Positions 12,275 through 26,129 are shown, counted from the stretch's first letter. The stretch is 64,000 nucleotides of DNA from Camelus ferus (GCF_009834535.1 NC_045697.1:56484001-56548000); one strand, 5' to 3'. Notes: generated by a model not told the origin, from the sequence alone. Numbers and translations: made by a program.

Positions 12275-14560
12275 CATGATCAAGTGGGAGTTACTTCAGG
12301 GATGCAAGGGTGGCTCATACCTGCAAGTCAGCGTGATAGATCACATTAACAACCTGAAGAGTGAAAATCCCACGATAATCTCAATAGAGGCAGAACAAAT
12401 TTTTGACAAAATTCAACATCAATTTATGATAAAAACTCTCAACAAAGTGCATACAGAGGGGAGTACCTCAACGTAACAAAGACCATGTATGACAAGCCCA
12501 CAGCTAACATGATACTCAATGGTGAAAAACTGAAAGCATTTCCTCTAAGAAGAGGAACAAGACAAGGATGCCCATGCTTACACCTTTTATACAACACAGT
12601 ATTGGAAATCATAGCCAAAGCAATTGAGGCAAGAAAAGTAATAAAAGGCATGAAAAATGGAAAAGAAGGAGTAAAACTATTACTATTTGCAGATGACATG
12701 ATACTGTATATAGAAAATCCTAAAAAAATCCACCAAAAAAAAATCTGTCAGAACTAATATCAGTAAAGTTTCAGGATACAAAATTAATATACAGAAATTT
12801 GTTGTGTTTCTATGCATTAATAAATAATTATTAGAAAGATAAATTAAGAAAACAATTCCACTTACAGTTGAATTAAAAAAGAATAAAATACCTAGGAATA
12901 AATTTAACCAGGGAAGTGAAAGCCCTGTACCCTGAAAACTATGACACTATTGAAAGAAATTGAAGACAACACCCATAAATGGATAGATATTCCATACTCA
13001 TGCATTGGAAGAATTAATGTTATTAAAATGTCCATACTATCCAAAGCAATCTATAGATTTAATGCAATCTCTATCAAAATTCCAATAGCATTCTTCATAG
13101 AAATAGGACAATTTTAAAATTTGTATAAAGCTACAAAAGATCTCAAACAGTCAAAGCAATCTTACAAAAGAACAGAGCTGAAGGCATCACATATTCTGAT
13201 TATAAACTATATTACAAAGCTATGGTAATTAAAATAGACACAAAGATCAGTGGAGCAGAATAAAGAGCTCAGAAAAAAACCCATGCATATATGGTCAACT
13301 AACTTAGGACAAAGGAGCTAAAAATGTACAATAGGGAAAGAATAGTATTTTCAATAAAAGGTTCTGAGAAAATTGGACAGCCACATGTAAAAGAATGAAA
13401 GTGGACCACTATCTTACTCTACATACAAAAATTAATCCAAAATAGGTTAACTACTTGAAAATAAGACCTGACATCATTAAATTACTAGAAGAAAACTTAA
13501 GTGGTAAACCTTCTGACATAGGTCCTGGTGATCATTTTTCAAATCTGACATCAAAAGGCAACACAAGTAAAAATAAACAAATGGGACTTCTTCAATCTCA
13601 AAGGTTCTGCACAGCAAAGGAAACCATCAACGAGATAAAAAGGTAACTTACTAAATGGCAAAACATGTTTGCAAATCATGTATCTGATAAGGGGCTAATA
13701 TCCAAAATATATTAAAAAAAACTTACACAGTTCAATAGCCAAAAAACAACATGCTTAAAAAAATGATCAGAGATCTGGATATACATTTTTCCAAAGAAGA
13801 CATACAGATGACCAACAGAAACATGAAAAGATGCTCTATGTCATTAATAATTAGGGAAATGCACATCAAAACCACAGTGAGATATCACCTCACACCTCTT
13901 AGAATGGCTATCAAAATTCAAGAAATAACAAGTGTTGCGAATATATGGAGAAAAGGAAAATCTTATGCATTGTTGGTGGGAATGTAAATTGGTGCAGCCA
14001 CTGTGGGAAATAATAAGAAAGTTTCTGAAAAATTAAAAACAGAACTACCATATGATAGTAAATACCTCTGGGTATTTACCTGAAGAAAATGAAAGCAGTA
14101 ACTTGAAAAGATAGCTGTACCACCATGTTCACTTCAGCATTATTTGCAATAGCCAAGATGTGAAAACAGCCTAAGTGTCCATTCATGGATGAATGAGTAA
14201 AGAAGTTGTGGTATGTATGTATGTGTGTATGTATGTATGTATGTGTGTGTGTATATCTATATATCTATATCTATATCAATATCTATATATATACAATGGA
14301 ATATTATTCAGTCAAAATAAAGGATGAAGTCTTGCTGTTTGTGACATGAATGGACTTCATGGGCATTATGGTTAATGAAATAAGTCAGACAAAGAAAGAC
14401 AAATGTCATGTGATCTCCCTCATATGTGAAATCTAAAACATAATGAACAAACAAACAAACAAACAAGCTCATAGATACAAGGAACAACTTGGTGGTTGCC
14501 AGAGGTGGGTGTGTAGGGTGGTGGAGGGTGGGCAAAATGGGCGAACTGTTATTGTACTTA
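12275..14560 (+). mobile_element. 5'-truncated L1 (ORF2 RT region to 3' UTR), frameshifted
   Basis: ORF track: [71 protein letters not shown]1 3' UTR follows. Confidence 0.95.
14211..14293. repeat. Compound (TATG)n/(TG)n/(TATATC)n microsatellite inside L1
   Basis: Directly visible. Confidence 0.9.
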
Positions 14561-14599
14561 TTTTTAAGTTAAAATAAATTGAACTTTTTAAAAAGTAAA

Positions 14600-14640
14600 T
14601 GGAATGAATGAATGAATGAATGAATGAATAAATAAATGAA

Positions 14641-14679
<39 letters not shown>

Positions 14680-14680
14680 A
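14600..14680 (+). repeat. (GAAT)n(AAAT)n tetranucleotide microsatellite at the L1 tail
   Basis: Directly visible. Confidence 0.95.
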
Positions 14681-14809
14681 GTGGTCTCCCTTTCCCCCCA
14701 GGATTCTTCATCACATATAGCTGTAGAGGTTTTACCAACAAGGAAAGGAGGAAGGCTAGAAAGAACCCTGAGGTATTAGACTGAAATTAGAAATATTGGT
14801 ATAAACTTG

Positions 14810-15005
14810 TTATATATATATATGTGTGTGTGTTTATCTCTGTGCGTGTGTATATACACAGAGTTAGATATAGAAACTGCTATAGACACATGTATGTGTG
14901 AATGTGTTTATATATGCATATTTATGTATAATATGTATATGCATGTCTGTGTGTACATACATATATGTGTATGTGTGTATGTGTATGCACAGATATACAT
15001 ATACA
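14810..15005. repeat. Degenerate (TA)/(TG) low-complexity tract
   Basis: Directly visible; explains ORF 14807-15058. Confidence 0.85.
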
Positions 15006-15140
15006 TTTTTCTTATCACTGGGGTGTCATTTCTGGAAACCAGAGTCATTTTAGATTAAAATAACAATAACTACAACAAAAACAAGAGTATCACTTTTTGA
15101 GAAGACTGGAATAAATACCAAGTTATATGAAAGTATTTTT

Positions 15141-15230
15141 TCATATTTTTTCCCTGAAGTATAAATGATTTACTTATTTATGAATTTATTTACAAAACAG
15201 AAACAGACTCACAGACATAGAAAACAAACT
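15141..15230. mobile_element. ~90-bp inverted (twin-primed) L1 3'-end insertion
   Basis: T-rich tail + tgaagtataaatgatttac (L1 terminus, minus) joined to tgaatttatttacaaaacagaaacagactcacagacatagaaaacaaact (L1 3' UTR, plus); TSD tatgaaagtattttt at 15126-15140 and 15231-15245. Confidence 0.8.
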
Positions 15231-16429
15231 TATGAAAGTATTTTTAATGGGTAAAATATATATTTCTTCCACTTGGCATTTAAAATAAAACATAAGTTAG
15301 CTTTGGGTGACATTTATTCTACTTATAAACTGCTATTATTTTAAATTATGTGTTAATGTTTATTATTTAAGTCCTGTTTTATAAATTTGTTTTTTGTTGT
15401 CACATCCGAGAAACCTTTTTTTTTGTCAGTGAAAACCAGCAATAGTTTGTAAGCCATAATGCAAAAGAAAGAACAGAACTTCTGAAACACTCAGTTGCCA
15501 GGAAAAAAAAATCCTTTGACATATTTGCATTTTCTTTGCCATCTATCAACAACAGTACAATGAATGAAAACACAAAACTTTATTAGCTACTTAGGAAAAT
15601 TACTTGTTTATAGAAAGCCTGTAATTGGATCCTAAATATATTAGTGTCTGAGAGTCTTTTGAAGCAATTTTCATGATGCAGGAAGATAGTCTTAGTAATT
15701 TGAAACTTCAATTTTGTTTGAGGACTTCAAATGTGCCAAATGTCATATAAAATCATAGAAATTGTTGAATTATGGCCAATTTGTTGCCTTATCTTGGGAT
15801 TTCAAGTGACATTTTTCTTTTAAGTAAGAATAATGGGAGGGAGTTCCGTTTGACCTGAGCCAAGGCATCATTTTAAACAAGCACATGCTGTCATCTTGCA
15901 TGCAGAGTCTTCCTTGAAATAACACATTGTGTGGAATATATTGAAGGGAGATCTAAAACATAGTTGTTTATCAGGGCTTCTAATTGTGAGGCTCTTTGAA
16001 GTCTTGAGGACAGCAATTTGTTTCCAGTGGGTCTAGGGGTTTGAAGGGTGGGATACCATCTCACTAGTATTTCTTTTCTTTCAGAGGAACCATTATGTAA
16101 AAGATTAAAAACAGGTTTCTCTGTAAGAGTCAAGGTTGAAACTGAAATAAAACAGATGCTTCTTATTGATAGGACGAACATTTGAGTCTTTTAGGAAGGG
16201 TGTAGTTTGTTCTACAAGTTCTGGATATACTTTTGGATAAAAGGTATTATTTTTTATTAAAAATTGTGTTTTAATAATATGAAAGATACTATCTGTTGAT
16301 ACACTCAATAGCCATGCTCTCATGCTCCATCTTTGATGGAAGACTTCTTTCCAAAAACTCTAGGATCTGAAAATCCACATACTTTTCCAGACACTTTTGC
16401 TCCTAAGGCTAGTTATGTAATCCAGTCTT

Positions 16430-16765
16430 ACCCAATGGGATCTGAGAAGTCTTTTGAGAAATTTTCCTCCATATTAAAAATGAGTGAAAGACATTCTGTC
16501 TCTTCATTGCTTGATGTCTGTACATGAAGCCTGGAGCTGAGTTCAATTTGTGACCATGAGAAAAGAGACATCGTGGAAGCTATGGATGATGCAGGGGAGA
16601 GATGACAACTGCCACCACCATTAGCTACTTCATTAAGCTACAAACATCAATGTTGGAATTACATTACCATTATTCTTTTTACATTGTGAGATAATAATTC
16701 CTCTAAGTTTTATTTAATTTTAGAAGGAGACTGAAACTTGTAGCCACACATATCCTAACCAAAGC
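16430..16765 (+). mobile_element. Old MaLR LTR fragment (MLT1-like)
   Basis: gaagcctggagctg...tgtgaccatgag and 3' tgtgagataataattcctc...acttgtagccacacatatcctaac. Confidence 0.55.
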
Positions 16766-16797
16766 CTACACAATACATTTTGGTAACCTAAGAATAG

Positions 16798-17337
16798 GTG
16801 TGATGGATATACTCTAGGGGATCACCAATGAATCATGCCCTTTTATAATTTCCTACCTTTAAGTGTGGGCAAATGTGTAAATTGTTTCTGACCAGTAGAG
16901 TATGGGAAGGTGATGGGTTAGTCACTCCCTAGATTGGTTATATCATGTGAGATGCTGTTTTAGCAGATCGGAGTGAGATTCTCCTACTGGCCTTGAATAA
17001 ATAAGCTGCATGTCATAAGAGAGCCACACAGCAAAGAACTGAAGATAGCTCTTATGAGCTGAGAGCACCCAGCTGACAGAAAAAAGAGGGGAGCTTCAGT
17101 CCTTCAACTATCAACTATAAGAAATTGAATTCTACCAACAACTATTTGAGCTAGAAAGAGGATGCTGAGCTCCAGAAAGAACAGAGCACAGCTGACACCT
17201 TGACTGCAGTCTTATAAGGCCCTGAGCCAAGTCACTTTCAGATTCCTGACCTATGGATATAGTGAGGTAATAAACATATGCTATTTTATGCCTCTAACAT
17301 TTTGGTAATTCGTTATGCAGCAATTGCTAACTAATAC
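16798..17337 (+). mobile_element. MaLR LTR (MLT1 family)
   Basis: gagtatgggaaggtgatggg, gctgacaccttgactgcag, 3' end ttttggtaattcgttatgcagcaattgctaactaatac. Confidence 0.85.
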
Positions 17338-18159
17338 TTCAAGTCACCAGTACTTGCTTTGATAGGTAATTTCACAACTCAAATTCACCAAGTCTAAAAT
17401 TGAGGCCTCTGTATTTTGCAACCCAAGTATTAGTTACTGCTTATGATTTCTAATTTTTATATATTTTATCCTTTTACAGCCAATTATGACATCCTCAGAT
17501 GAAGTTTAAACCACAGATTAAGCAATATGCTGTTTCTTTCCTGAAAGATGTCATTTTTGACCTGAAAAATTGGCCAAAATCTTTGTTTATGTTAAATATT
17601 AGCACTTGGCAATAGTATGGGAAAATGGACACTCATACTATGTCAGTGTCATTGGTTGTGATAAATTGTACAAACTCTTTAAAGGGTAATTTGGCAATAT
17701 ATTTTAAGGCTTTAAAATACTCTTATTCATTATCTCAATATGTTGCATAATTCAAATCAACTGCCTAATCCAGTACCTAACACACTTCATCAAGTAGCAC
17801 ATGTCCAAATCAAAACAAGTTTGTCCATCTCAAACTTACTCCACCTCAGTGTTTATCATTTCAGTAAGTTGCTTCTATTCACCCAACTGTTCCAGTGGGA
17901 CACTTTACTTTCCTCATTCTCCACATAATTCAAAATCAAGGGTTGTCAATTCTACATCTGCCATTTCTACTCTCTAATCAGAGTGATCTTCTAATAACAT
18001 GTTGTTGTTAGATATTAATAACTAGGTAATTATTTTGAGAAAATTCTTTAACCGCTCATGGGTTATATGGAATACATGGGTTAAGAGGATCTCTTCACCC
18101 GGCCCGTTTCATGGCCATATTGTTGCTCTTTCTTTGACAATTCTGAGAAAATAATAAGA

Positions 18160-18300
18160 CATGGAATCTCAGATCTCAGAAGATGTTAGATATCAGCTGA
18201 TCCTCTTGTTCCATAAATGAGAAAACAGAGTCCTGAATATTTGAATATAACGCTGCCTCAAGTTATGTAGTGTAAGGGATAGATTTAGAACCCATGTTGT
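18160..18300 (-). mobile_element. MIR fragment
   Basis: cataaatgagaaaacagagtcc...gatttagaaccc. Confidence 0.5.
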
Positions 18301-18499
18301 AGGATGTTGTTCAGATTTGAGTCATTTTATCTTCTTCCTTAAACTAGGCAAATGATTTTAATGCATTGTGTAGTTTCAGTTTTATCATAAAACATACCAT
18401 TTTAATGAATGGGAGAATCAAGGTACAGAACACTGGATATTTTCTCTATTATTCTTCTCTCCTGAACTAAATCCCATGTACTTTCTTCAAAACAGATGC

Positions 18500-18680
18500 G
18501 AGTTTGAATTCTGACTCCATCACGTAATGATTGTGACTGAGAGAAGATTACTCCTCCAACCATCACTTTTATCATTGACTACACGTATGTAATAATTATA
18601 CATACTTCAAGGCTGTAATGAAATTGGACATTTTTCATGTTTTGTATAATATTTGGTACAGAGAAAATGCTTTAACAGCC
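18500..18680 (+). mobile_element. MIR fragment
   Basis: gagtttgaattctgactccatcac...tgtgact. Confidence 0.5.
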
Positions 18681-20639
18681 AGCTGTCATGTTGCTGCTCT
18701 TATTGTTGTTCCTGTAACAGGAAATGGACAGTCACAAGGCATTTTCACTGATAAGCTAATTTGAAAATTAATGCTATCATAAACTGTATTGTAATTCTAT
18801 TTAGTGGACTATTAGATATTTTTGATATGAAATAGATCTATTTACAATTTCACTGTAATCGCAATGCAATTTAAATCCTTCTGAAAGAACACCCAGTCCT
18901 AGAAAATAATAACTAAAACAGTAGTTGGAGATAATTCTAGAGATAAAGAATAAGAAATTCCACTAGAGCTTGTGGAAATATGATTTAACCTGTACCTGAG
19001 AACAAGCTTTCCTATAATATATTATCTAGTCTTCATTAAATTAGTAGCCGTTTTGAGGAAAGAAAAAGATTTGTATAAGGTTTACATTGTATTCAGATTA
19101 ATTTTTTGGACTGTGTGAAATTTTTTTCTTTCTGGTTCAGGAATCCAGTTCTTCTGCTGATTGCATTAATTGCTTAGTTGATATAATACATTTTTAAAGA
19201 TAACTAAACATACCATATAGGATATTTATTAACTTTGGTCATCTAAATCTGGTATCATTATTTTCTGCCTATTTTTCACCTCTGTTGCTTTGAGCAGAAT
19301 GGAACTACTTATAATCTACAGTGGTTCCTGGGTAATAAGAATGGTACTTCGAAATGCACTGATTAATAAAGTGAGTGCAGTAACTGCTGTGCCACACATG
19401 AAATGATTAAAAATAATTTAATTCTTACTCAATGATCTGTTGCTTTTCCCAAGATCATAAATAGTTGGCAGAATTTTAATTGCAGCTATATTATGTTGAA
19501 TTATGTTCATACACTTAATTCTTGTTACATATCCAGAATATGATGTTCCACCTCTGTCAAAAGCCACAGTAATCATAATTTCCTTTTCATTCTTCACATT
19601 TTCCCTTACAAGAATCTAATCTAGAGAATCCCTTTGAAATTTCGCTTAATATTTGATAAATAAATTAATTGATGAAGATAGTTAAACTTTTTCTCTTTCT
19701 TTAATTCTACATTTTATTCCTACATTTGCTCAAAATGCATCATGTTGTGCATTTGTTAAGTCACAGGAATATGATACCTAGTTTTTACGATTTTCACTTT
19801 TATATCTCAAATGCAAATGTATTTAACAAATAATAATACTGATGTTTTATGTCAATTACTTTATAAAATAGTGAGAAGGGGAAAACAAAAGGAATATAAT
19901 GCATAGGGCCAATCCAAGTGAGGTCTACGTCCCGATGAAAATTATATTAGGTTGTTCAGTGTCTTCATTCAAAATTATTTTACTGAGGCAAAATCAAGGC
20001 AGATAAACATCCTGATAATAATAGTTCATACATTCCCATTTGAAAAGTACTTTCCACCATCCTTAATTTTTACAACTATATATGGTAGTATTCTCCTTTT
20101 ATAGACAAAAAAATTGAAGCTAAGAGTTTTACTAAATTTGACTGGAGTAACACAACGTATTAGTGTATGGGCATAATGTTACCCATCCCTGCCTGACTGT
20201 AGAGTAGGTACTCTTTTAATGGCAACATGATTTTTCTTTCAAATACAAGCATTGACTACAAGAAGCAGAAAAACTAGGGACTGCAGAAACTTCTAGTGCT
20301 GAAAACGTCTGGAGGAGAGAAAAATCCCTTGCTCTCAATTTTGTTTTTATGATGGCAAAAGGGCTTCTGAGATTGTTTTAGGAAAATAAGTTACAGGGTT
20401 TTGTTTGTTTGCATTTCTTTTAAGCCACCATCAAATAAAACACACATATTAATGTGTGCATGCACACAGACACACACATTATTCTCCCCTAATTTAGAAT
20501 ACTCATCTTTTACACTTTTTATAGCTTCATAAATCTGGCAAAACTTCAGAATTCCAGGTGTGAGGTTTACAGTGTGGTATGAAAAACTCTTTTGTAAGGA
20601 TGAAAATAAAAATATTAATCATTATTATTATATTTTTCT

Positions 20640-20900
20640 GGCTACAATCTATACCTTGGCCTTTGCATATGCTCTTTCCTCTAATGAAATTTCATTCTCT
20701 TCAATCACAGACCTTCAACTAAAAAACAAAAAAGTACCCCACCCTTTACCATATATCAGAGTGACTTAAAATACATTTGTGCTTATCTGTTATCCCTACT
20801 GTACTTGAAGTTCCTTAAGAGCAGAGATTATTTCTCCAGTGCCTAACATGATCCCTAAGCATAGTGTTTAAAGCATATTAGCTAGATGAAAGACTACTGA
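20640..20900 (+). mobile_element. L2 3' fragment
   Basis: ggcctttgcatatgctctttcctct; aagttccttaagagcagaga...tctccagtgcctaacatg. Confidence 0.55.
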
Positions 20901-21101
20901 ATAAATAATATTAAATAATTAAACTTTTGACTAAAAACTAGCATCTGTGCACTAAAAACTAGATCTGATTTCCAGGTAGTCATAAGTACACTGTCTGGAG
21001 GCAACACAAACAAAAGGAAACAAGAAAACATAATTTTGTGAGCAGGAACAATGTTAGTTCACAAACTTAGGAGCTTCTGGGTGAAATCTGAAACTGATGT
21101 C

Positions 21102-21463
21102 TGTATATGGAAGACAACGAGAGACCCAAGAAGGCAGACAACTGCACATTGGTAGGTGGTAGGTTTAATAAGCAAGAGACTTTACATAGGAAGCTTGTCT
21201 TGGGTGGCCGCAAGACCAGCAGATCTCTACACCTGCCCGCCGGAATCTTAAGTGTTTATACAGAGGCCTTAACTGGGTTCGTTCATGCGTACCATTCACA
21301 TGGTCTCAACAACACTATCTCAGGCTTGAGACAGGTATTAGTGTGGGGAAGACAGGTGAAACACACAGTCCAAGGACAGGGAAGGGGTGAGGAGCCTATG
21401 ACTGTCAGGGTCCAGCTCACAGATCAACAAGTGGTCGTGTCCTCTCTATGACCTCCTCTGACA
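21102..21463 (-). mobile_element. Solo ERV LTR (probably class I)
   Basis: Minus strand begins TGTCAGAGGAGG, has TATAAA then ATTAAA, ends in CA; ~360 bp and more GC-rich than flanks; no TSD found. Confidence 0.6.
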
Positions 21464-22420
21464 AAGAAGAACAAAAAATGATTCAGTGATTATCAGAAAA
21501 ATAGAATGCTCATTTTACCCTAACCCACACAAGTGTCAACAAAGTCAAGATGGGGCCTATCATATAAGATTGAGAAATGTCTTCAAAGCAACTAACTCAA
21601 AAACAATTGAATACAATGAAATTGACTACTGGATGCATAACATCAAAAGTAATCTCTTTGAGTCATTTTATTCAAAAATAGTCAGACCAGCTGATAGTAT
21701 AATAAAAACTTGTTAGTGTCCATAAATATCCTTATTGATTCAGAGAAATAATATCTACAAAAGATATATTTTAATAAATTCATATTTTGGTTTAATGTTC
21801 TACTAGTTCCTCCAGCTTGAGCGACTGCATAGACTGTTCTCAGCATTTTTACTTTAAATTGACCTCTTATCCCCATCTCCACCATCCACAAAATTATAAA
21901 AATTTAACTATTAAAGAGCTTAATCTAAATAGGAAATTCGGTGGGGGGGTATTTCTGATCTTGGAGAGCATCTAAGTAATGTAATTTGTGTTAATAATTC
22001 AACAGTTTGAAAAAATAGACTAAGCTCTTTCTTTCCCCCACTCTCTTTGTGCTTTTAAATAAACTCGCTTGCATTGATCTTTTTCTTAACATTTCTTTGT
22101 TCCTATGACTCAATTGACTTCCTGCTCTTTTTCCAATAGTTTTTACTCGTGCAACATAAGACTGTCTACAGCTAATGGATAGATGATAAAGATTAGGAAG
22201 CAAGGAAGGGAACGGTAGATACTGCTATGAGGGAAAGCAAGAGTAGAAGTCAGATCCTCATTTCTATGGAAATGAAGTGTTGGAGGAAGTTTTCCTCCCT
22301 GCTGTTTCAGGATGGATGTTGGATCCATGGCAGTAATGCAGCAAAGGTCTGTTAAGAGACTCCGGGATTTTGGCTGGTGCCTTCTTTATGCTTAGCTGCA
22401 CAGCTGGTGCAGGTGCATTT

Positions 22421-22462
22421 TCAGCCATAATAACTAATAACACTCCCGGTGGAAACATTCAA
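22421..22462 (-). other. Candidate exon start (possibly terminal exon) of an unidentified minus-strand transcript; 3' end unknown
   Basis: Strong acceptor gatttctgtctgttttactgcag|TTGAATG (AG = 22464-22463); phase-0 reading LNVSTGSVISYYG* ends at 22421; no strong donor nearby. Confidence 0.45.
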
Positions 22463-23099
22463 CTGCAGTAAAACAGACAGAAATCTATTATAAATGTGAG
22501 TGCAATGTCAATGTTTACAGAAGGAGGTCAAATAACAGAATTCTATTTGGTAAATGTCAGTACTGTATGGGTAGAAAGCATTCACAGTATTTGCATTCTT
22601 ATTAGAATGATACGTGCAAACCCATAAATTTTTCATGGATTTATTTTTTTTAACTTCCATTTTTCCTCTCTCACTAGAAATTACTTTTCTTGTCATTTCT
22701 CTGAGTCTCAAAGTTTCCTCCGTCGCTTCTGCACTTTCCAGTATTTCAGGGTCTGTGTTGAGCTACTGGACTTGTACAACATTCAGATCAACCACAACTT
22801 ACTGTGACATACTGGATGCTTACATTCAGATGTGAATCTTAGCATGGAAAGCTTTCTTTAATGTCAATCCACTCAAAAGCGTATCAGATCTTTACTTGGT
22901 CACATTAAATTAACCCTTTATGTTTGCATTGACTCATTTATTTTCCATAGACATTGAATAGTGAGATGAACCAGATCAACTGCGTGTGACCACAACTGTT
23001 GTTTTTTCTTTTTAACATAGGCAAAAAACCCCCAAACCATTTGCTTTATAGCGAGGGATACATAAATACCTAGAAATACATTTCAAAAAAATGTATTTA

Positions 23100-23862
23100 A
23101 AAATCAGGGAACTTCAAATTAAAATCACAATGAGTTATCACCTCACACCAGTCAGAATCAAAGAGACAAGAAATAACAAGTATCGGCAAGGATGTGGAGA
23201 AAAGGGAACCCTCGTACACTGTTGGTAGGAATGTAAACTGGTGCAGCCACTGTGGAAAATTGTATGGAGGTTTCTCAAAAAACTAAAAATAGTACTACTA
23301 TATGACCCAGCAATTTCACTCCTAGGTATATATCTGAAAAAACAAAACACTAATTCAAAAAGATACATGCACCCTAATGTTCACAGCAGCATTATTTACA
23401 ATTGCCAAGATATGGTAGCAACCTAAGTGTCCATCTACACATGAATGGATAAAGAACATGTGGTATACTTACATAATGAAATACTACTCAGTCATAAAAA
23501 AATAAAAGTTTGCCATTTGCAGCAACATGGATGGACTTGGAGGGTATTATACTAAGTGAAATGAGTCAGACAGAGAAAAACAAACACTGTATGATATCAC
23601 TTATATATGAAATATAAAAAACACAGCAAACTGGTGAATATAACAAAAAAGAAACAAACTCCCAGATATAAAGAACAAACTAGTGGTTACCAGTGGGGAG
23701 AGGGAGAGGGAGAGGAGGGGCAATATAGGGATGCAGGAGTGGGAGGTACAAACTGTTAGTGTAAGAAAGGCTACAAGGATGTATTGTACCACATGGGGAA
23801 CATGGCCAGTATTTTGTAATAAATGTAAGTGGACTGTAACCTTTAAAGATTATAATAAAAAC
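23100..23862 (+). mobile_element. L1 3' end (ORF2 C-terminus + 3' UTR)
   Basis: [30 protein letters not shown] motif followed by L1 3' UTR. Confidence 0.95.
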
Positions 23863-25103
23863 TGTATACGAGTGATGCTTGTTTTGGGTACCAATGTTAA
23901 AAAGGTATGCTTATTGAAGACCTTAATTGAAAGTAAGTTTGAAATATGCTATCAGTACTTTTAGTAATAAATTTAGTCATTGCTTTCTGTGAAAAGAATC
24001 AAATACTGTCCTTTTATAGATTATAGAAATGGAGTTAACCATTCACTGAACTCTTCATGCTATTATTATTTCTTATGTAAGTATCTAACAGAATTTAGTT
24101 GGAAAGGGGAGTGAAGGGATCAGAGGTCCTTTTCCCCTAGATGTTAGTTAATAAAGAAGAAAACGTATGATTCTAGAAATAGGTTATCTGAAATTTTAGA
24201 AAATTAAATTTAAGAAACCAGATGCTGATTCCAGATGTGCTGCACCATTTTAATCTGATTCCATGTGAGGAATATGTTGCAGCTTTCAGGAAAGAACACT
24301 CTGAAACATATTTTGTAAGAGCAGTTTCCCAATCAGTGACTTTAAGGAGGCTATCCTGGGCAACCAACATGATTTTATAGAGATTCCCTCATAAATTGTG
24401 TTGAAAATTATTAACCCTACTACTTCTATTTCAAGACATCTTTCCCAATTACAAAAATGACCTGCAGAGCAGTGATGTACAAGCCTGGGGAATCCCAAAA
24501 GTATCTGAATATGTTTGGTAATTAGTGGGAAGCAATGATGAAAGAAAATGTGCAGTGAGATGACAAAGGGAGATACAGAGGGCTACAGAAAGACCTGTAG
24601 ATGGTAATAATCTACATGATATATATATATTCAAACATAAGCAGTGATGCCAGGTTAGCCTGATAAGATTTTAATCAACATGACTAAAGGTCAGTTTCCT
24701 TAGATTTGCTGAAAGACCACAAAAGCAAAACTAGCAACATATCTCTCCATTGGATAGATAGGGAGAATGTTAGTTTCATACTTGATCTGCTTTGAAGGCA
24801 TCACAAAGGGACTCTTAAAGCTAGGTATATCCCTATAGGTGTGAGGTATTACCTAAAATTTCACCACTTGATACATACTCTATTTTCTCCATTTTATAAT
24901 GGGATTTCTTGTAAAGTGTAATATAGGTTTCAAATCTTTTCAGAAAAAGAAACTAAAGATACACACTGATTATAAGATACATCCAAATTTCAGAAACATA
25001 AAAATATAAAAATCACAATATTGAAAAAATATTAAACATTAACAAAAATTAAATTTCAAATGTTCCTCAGAAATTCACATATTAGATTAAAATCACTCAC
25101 AAC

Positions 25104-25395
25104 TGTAGTGAATGCTGTGGTGAAATGCTTCAGTTTCCTCTTTAATTTAAGACATTCATTACTCTAGCCATTAAGGGAATCATATGCCTCTGCTTAGTCC
25201 CTGAAGGCCATCCCCAGCTTCAGAGATCTCTGTGGGACTGGCTGAGAGCTTTGTTGCAACTGCATTAGAGTTCATCATTTCTGCCCAATCCTGCTTCACT
25301 CAAAGGCCTTCTTAAGACACTCCCCCTGCCTCCACCAAATGTTCTGGATACAAACCTCCAAAATTCCAGAATCTACTGCTCGATGTCAACAGCCC
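25104..25395 (+). mobile_element. LTR16-like ERVL LTR fragment
   Basis: Starts tgtagtgaatgctgtggtg; ctgaaggccatccccagcttcagag is shared with the LTRs at 36.9 and 42.6 kb. Confidence 0.7.
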
Positions 25396-26129
25396 ATTAT
25401 AAATAATAATTAGTGGAAATCTGTATACTATAGGTTTAAATATCTCACATTAATGAAGGAGCTGAACACCTGAAAAGAGGTAAAAATGAAAAGCTCCAAG
25501 AATGACGGATGACTGCAATAGCTAGAGAATCAAATTATGACAGTTACGTACTTTGAACTAGTGACTTCATGTTAATCAGTGGGAAAAGAGTGCCTCAATA
25601 TTTAACTACAAGTGTTCTTTTAAAGGAGAGAAGTCCTGACAGAGGGCTTGGATAACTGTTTTTGAATTACTAGACTATGAGAAACTCTCCCAGTGTATCT
25701 AGAATTTTGAAATTTGTTCTAAATGAGGTGATATTGAGAAAGAAACAAAAATGGATTAGCTATGAGCCCAGATAAAACTCTCCTTTCTCCATAACAATAT
25801 GGAAAATATCTCTGGCATTTAAATCCTAGAGAATTAATCTGCTTCACTCTTGAGCACTTAAAATATCTAGTATTAAAGACACTCATGGCTCCTGTCTTAT
25901 CTTCCTAATAATCTTGTAAGTGAAAAAAGAATAGGAACCATAAGTTAAATATTTTTTAAACTTTCCACAACTTGAAAATTATGTTGCAATCAGAAGGTAC
26001 TTACTACATATGTCGGACTAAATGAGCATCACTTTCTGACTAACAAAATCGATCTGTTTCATTTAATTAACTAATGCATATCATATGGTTATGCTCAACA
26101 TATCATGATTAGGTAAGCTTGAATTTTAA

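Noticed and set aside
12276..13987. RT-like ORFs as a possible active element or novel reverse-transcriptase system
   Set aside because: Ordinary frameshifted, 5'-truncated L1 ORF2 lacking the endonuclease, ORF1 and promoter
15523..15562. Octamer ATTTGCAT with nearby SOX-like ACAATG
   Set aside because: Octamers recur several times in this AT-rich window and the spacing is not a composite SOX-OCT site
21107..21451. 114-aa ORF
   Set aside because: Lies entirely within a solo LTR, on its antisense strand
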